Assembly: GCF_004010195.1 (NCBI RefSeq)
Contig: NC_057718.1
Coordinates: 18,375,689-18,439,688, forward strand
Origin: Chiloscyllium plagiosum
Lineage: Eukaryota
Reading direction: 5' to 3'
DNA length: 64,000 bases
Shown: positions 62,590 to 64,000 of the stretch, piece after piece
Layout of the letters: each line of letters opens with the position of its first letter
Numbering within the stretch: position 1 is the stretch's first letter
Notes under the pieces: model-generated
What the model saw: the letters and a program-made list of their open reading frames with translations, nothing else
Told to the model about the DNA's origin: nothing
The model's database searches: none
Translations under genes and position numbers: made by a program

Positions 62590-62895
62590 CACACTGTCTA
62601 ATGTACTAATTCTCAGGGAATGTTGCATAGGCAGAGGTGAAATGTTAAACCAAGACCTCATCTGCGCTCTCAGAAAGAAATAGATCCCATGGAAGTAATC
62701 TGAGGAAGAACAGGGAGTTGACCCTGGTGTCTCTGGCTAATACTTACGCTTCAAAATAGAATATCTGGTCGTCATCACATTGCTGTTTGCGAGAATTTTC
62801 TGTTTCCAAATTGATGCCTCCAGTTCTTACTTTATAATAGTTACTGTACTTCAAAAGTACTTCTGCGAATCATTAAATAATATATAAATGCAATT
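62590..62895 (+). mobile_element. Deu-domain SINE (SacSINE1/AmnSINE-like)
   Basis: atgttaaaccaagacctcatctg...agatcccatgg...gaagaacagggagtt...tatctggtcgtcatcacattgctgtttg...acttcaaaagtactt...tatataaatgcaa. Confidence 0.7.
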
Positions 62896-63709
62896 TATTA
62901 ACATAACAAATATCTTATATACAATTCTTATTATTCACAACAGGTATGTTCAAGTGAAAACATATACACGTAATAGTTATCTGAAATAGGAACAACTTTA
63001 TAAGATATTGACTTGACTTATTTTAAATAGGGAAATATTCATGCAAGAGAACATACTTCTCAAAAACACTGGGACCAGAACTTAAATATTCATGAAAGGA
63101 GGCTTTATTACTTAAATTGCTGTATAGATCAGTTCTTTCAATACAGTACATGGCAGTGAGGTCCCTCACCATACTTACAGTTACAGATTATATTCACAAC
63201 ATACATTTTATATCAACCATTCCGAGGTGCCAATGGGGTTATTCATAGGTTCCAGCGCCTTGATTTGCAATGGCAGGATATCCTTAGACTTTAATCTTTG
63301 CAATAAATGTTTCTGTCGATGCTTGCTGTTTTTGTGATCACAATAAATGACTGCTCAATTTAATTATGAATATTTTAAGGACTCTTTCTTATTCACCTCA
63401 TGTTACAGTTAAAGTTTCTGAACTTTTCAGGTGTCTTTGTAATTCAGCCTTTTCACTTTAGTCTTCATTGCCTTTTCCTTTCACTGTTTATATTTCCCTT
63501 CTGTCTCAAATACTTTACTCAACATTTCTGGTTTGCATTTAGGTTTCCAATTTTTTTCTTGTTTACTTATTCATGGGACATGGATGTCACTGGTTAGGCA
63601 GCATTTATTATCCATCCTTGACTGCCCAGAGGGCTGTTAAGAGTCAAGGGATAATACCATTACGCCATCGCCTCCCCACCACTTGGACCAATAAATCAAA
63701 ATCAAATTG

Positions 63710-64000
63710 AGTGGCGCAGTACCTCACTGGTTAGAACTGCTGCCTCACAGCACTAGGGATCTCAGTTCAATCCCAGCCTTTGGCAAATGTCTGTATGGGC
63801 TTTGCATGTTCTCCATGTGTATTTCCACCAGGTGCTTTGGTTTCCTTCCACAGTCTAAAATTGTGCAGGCTAGCTGGATTGGCCATGCTAAATTTTCCAG
63901 TGATGTTCAGGTTAGGTGGGTTAGCCATGGGAGGTGCAGGGTTACAGGAATAGGGTAAAGGATGGGAAGCTGTACGGTGGGTCGGTATGGGCTGAATGGC
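63710..64000 (+). mobile_element. HE1-like V-SINE (runs off window end)
   Basis: tggttagaactgctgcctcacagcactagggat...ggattggccatgctaaatt. Confidence 0.88.

Overview
Repeat-rich, apparently non-coding (large intron or gene-desert) vertebrate DNA. The repeat content (HE1/V-SINEs, CR1/HER1-type LINEs, Deu-domain SINEs, L2, RTE, Rex1, Penelope-like elements) points to a cartilaginous fish, probably a shark; this is inference, not a database result. I found no recognisable host protein-coding gene, and every ORF I can assign to a family is a retroelement fragment. The most notable signal is about 17 intact, decayed or partial minimal type I (short stem III) hammerhead ribozyme motifs in four sequence families, all within Penelope-like element (PLE) terminal repeats. 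Three have fully intact cores (30508-30543 +, 34920-34955 -, 56575-56614 +). Several PLE termini occur as tiny fold-back hairpin insertions with target-site duplications (TSDs). Two of these share an identical fold-back junction inside the ribozyme, suggesting a mobile non-autonomous hairpin family. Also present: nested insertions, two TA-flanked Tigger-like MITEs, a near-full-length internally deleted CR1, a tRNA-Ile(AAT) pseudogene, a composite cassette with orphan CpG-rich DNA, a 192-N assembly gap, and several candidate conserved non-coding blocks and exons. Boundaries of old repeats are approximate.
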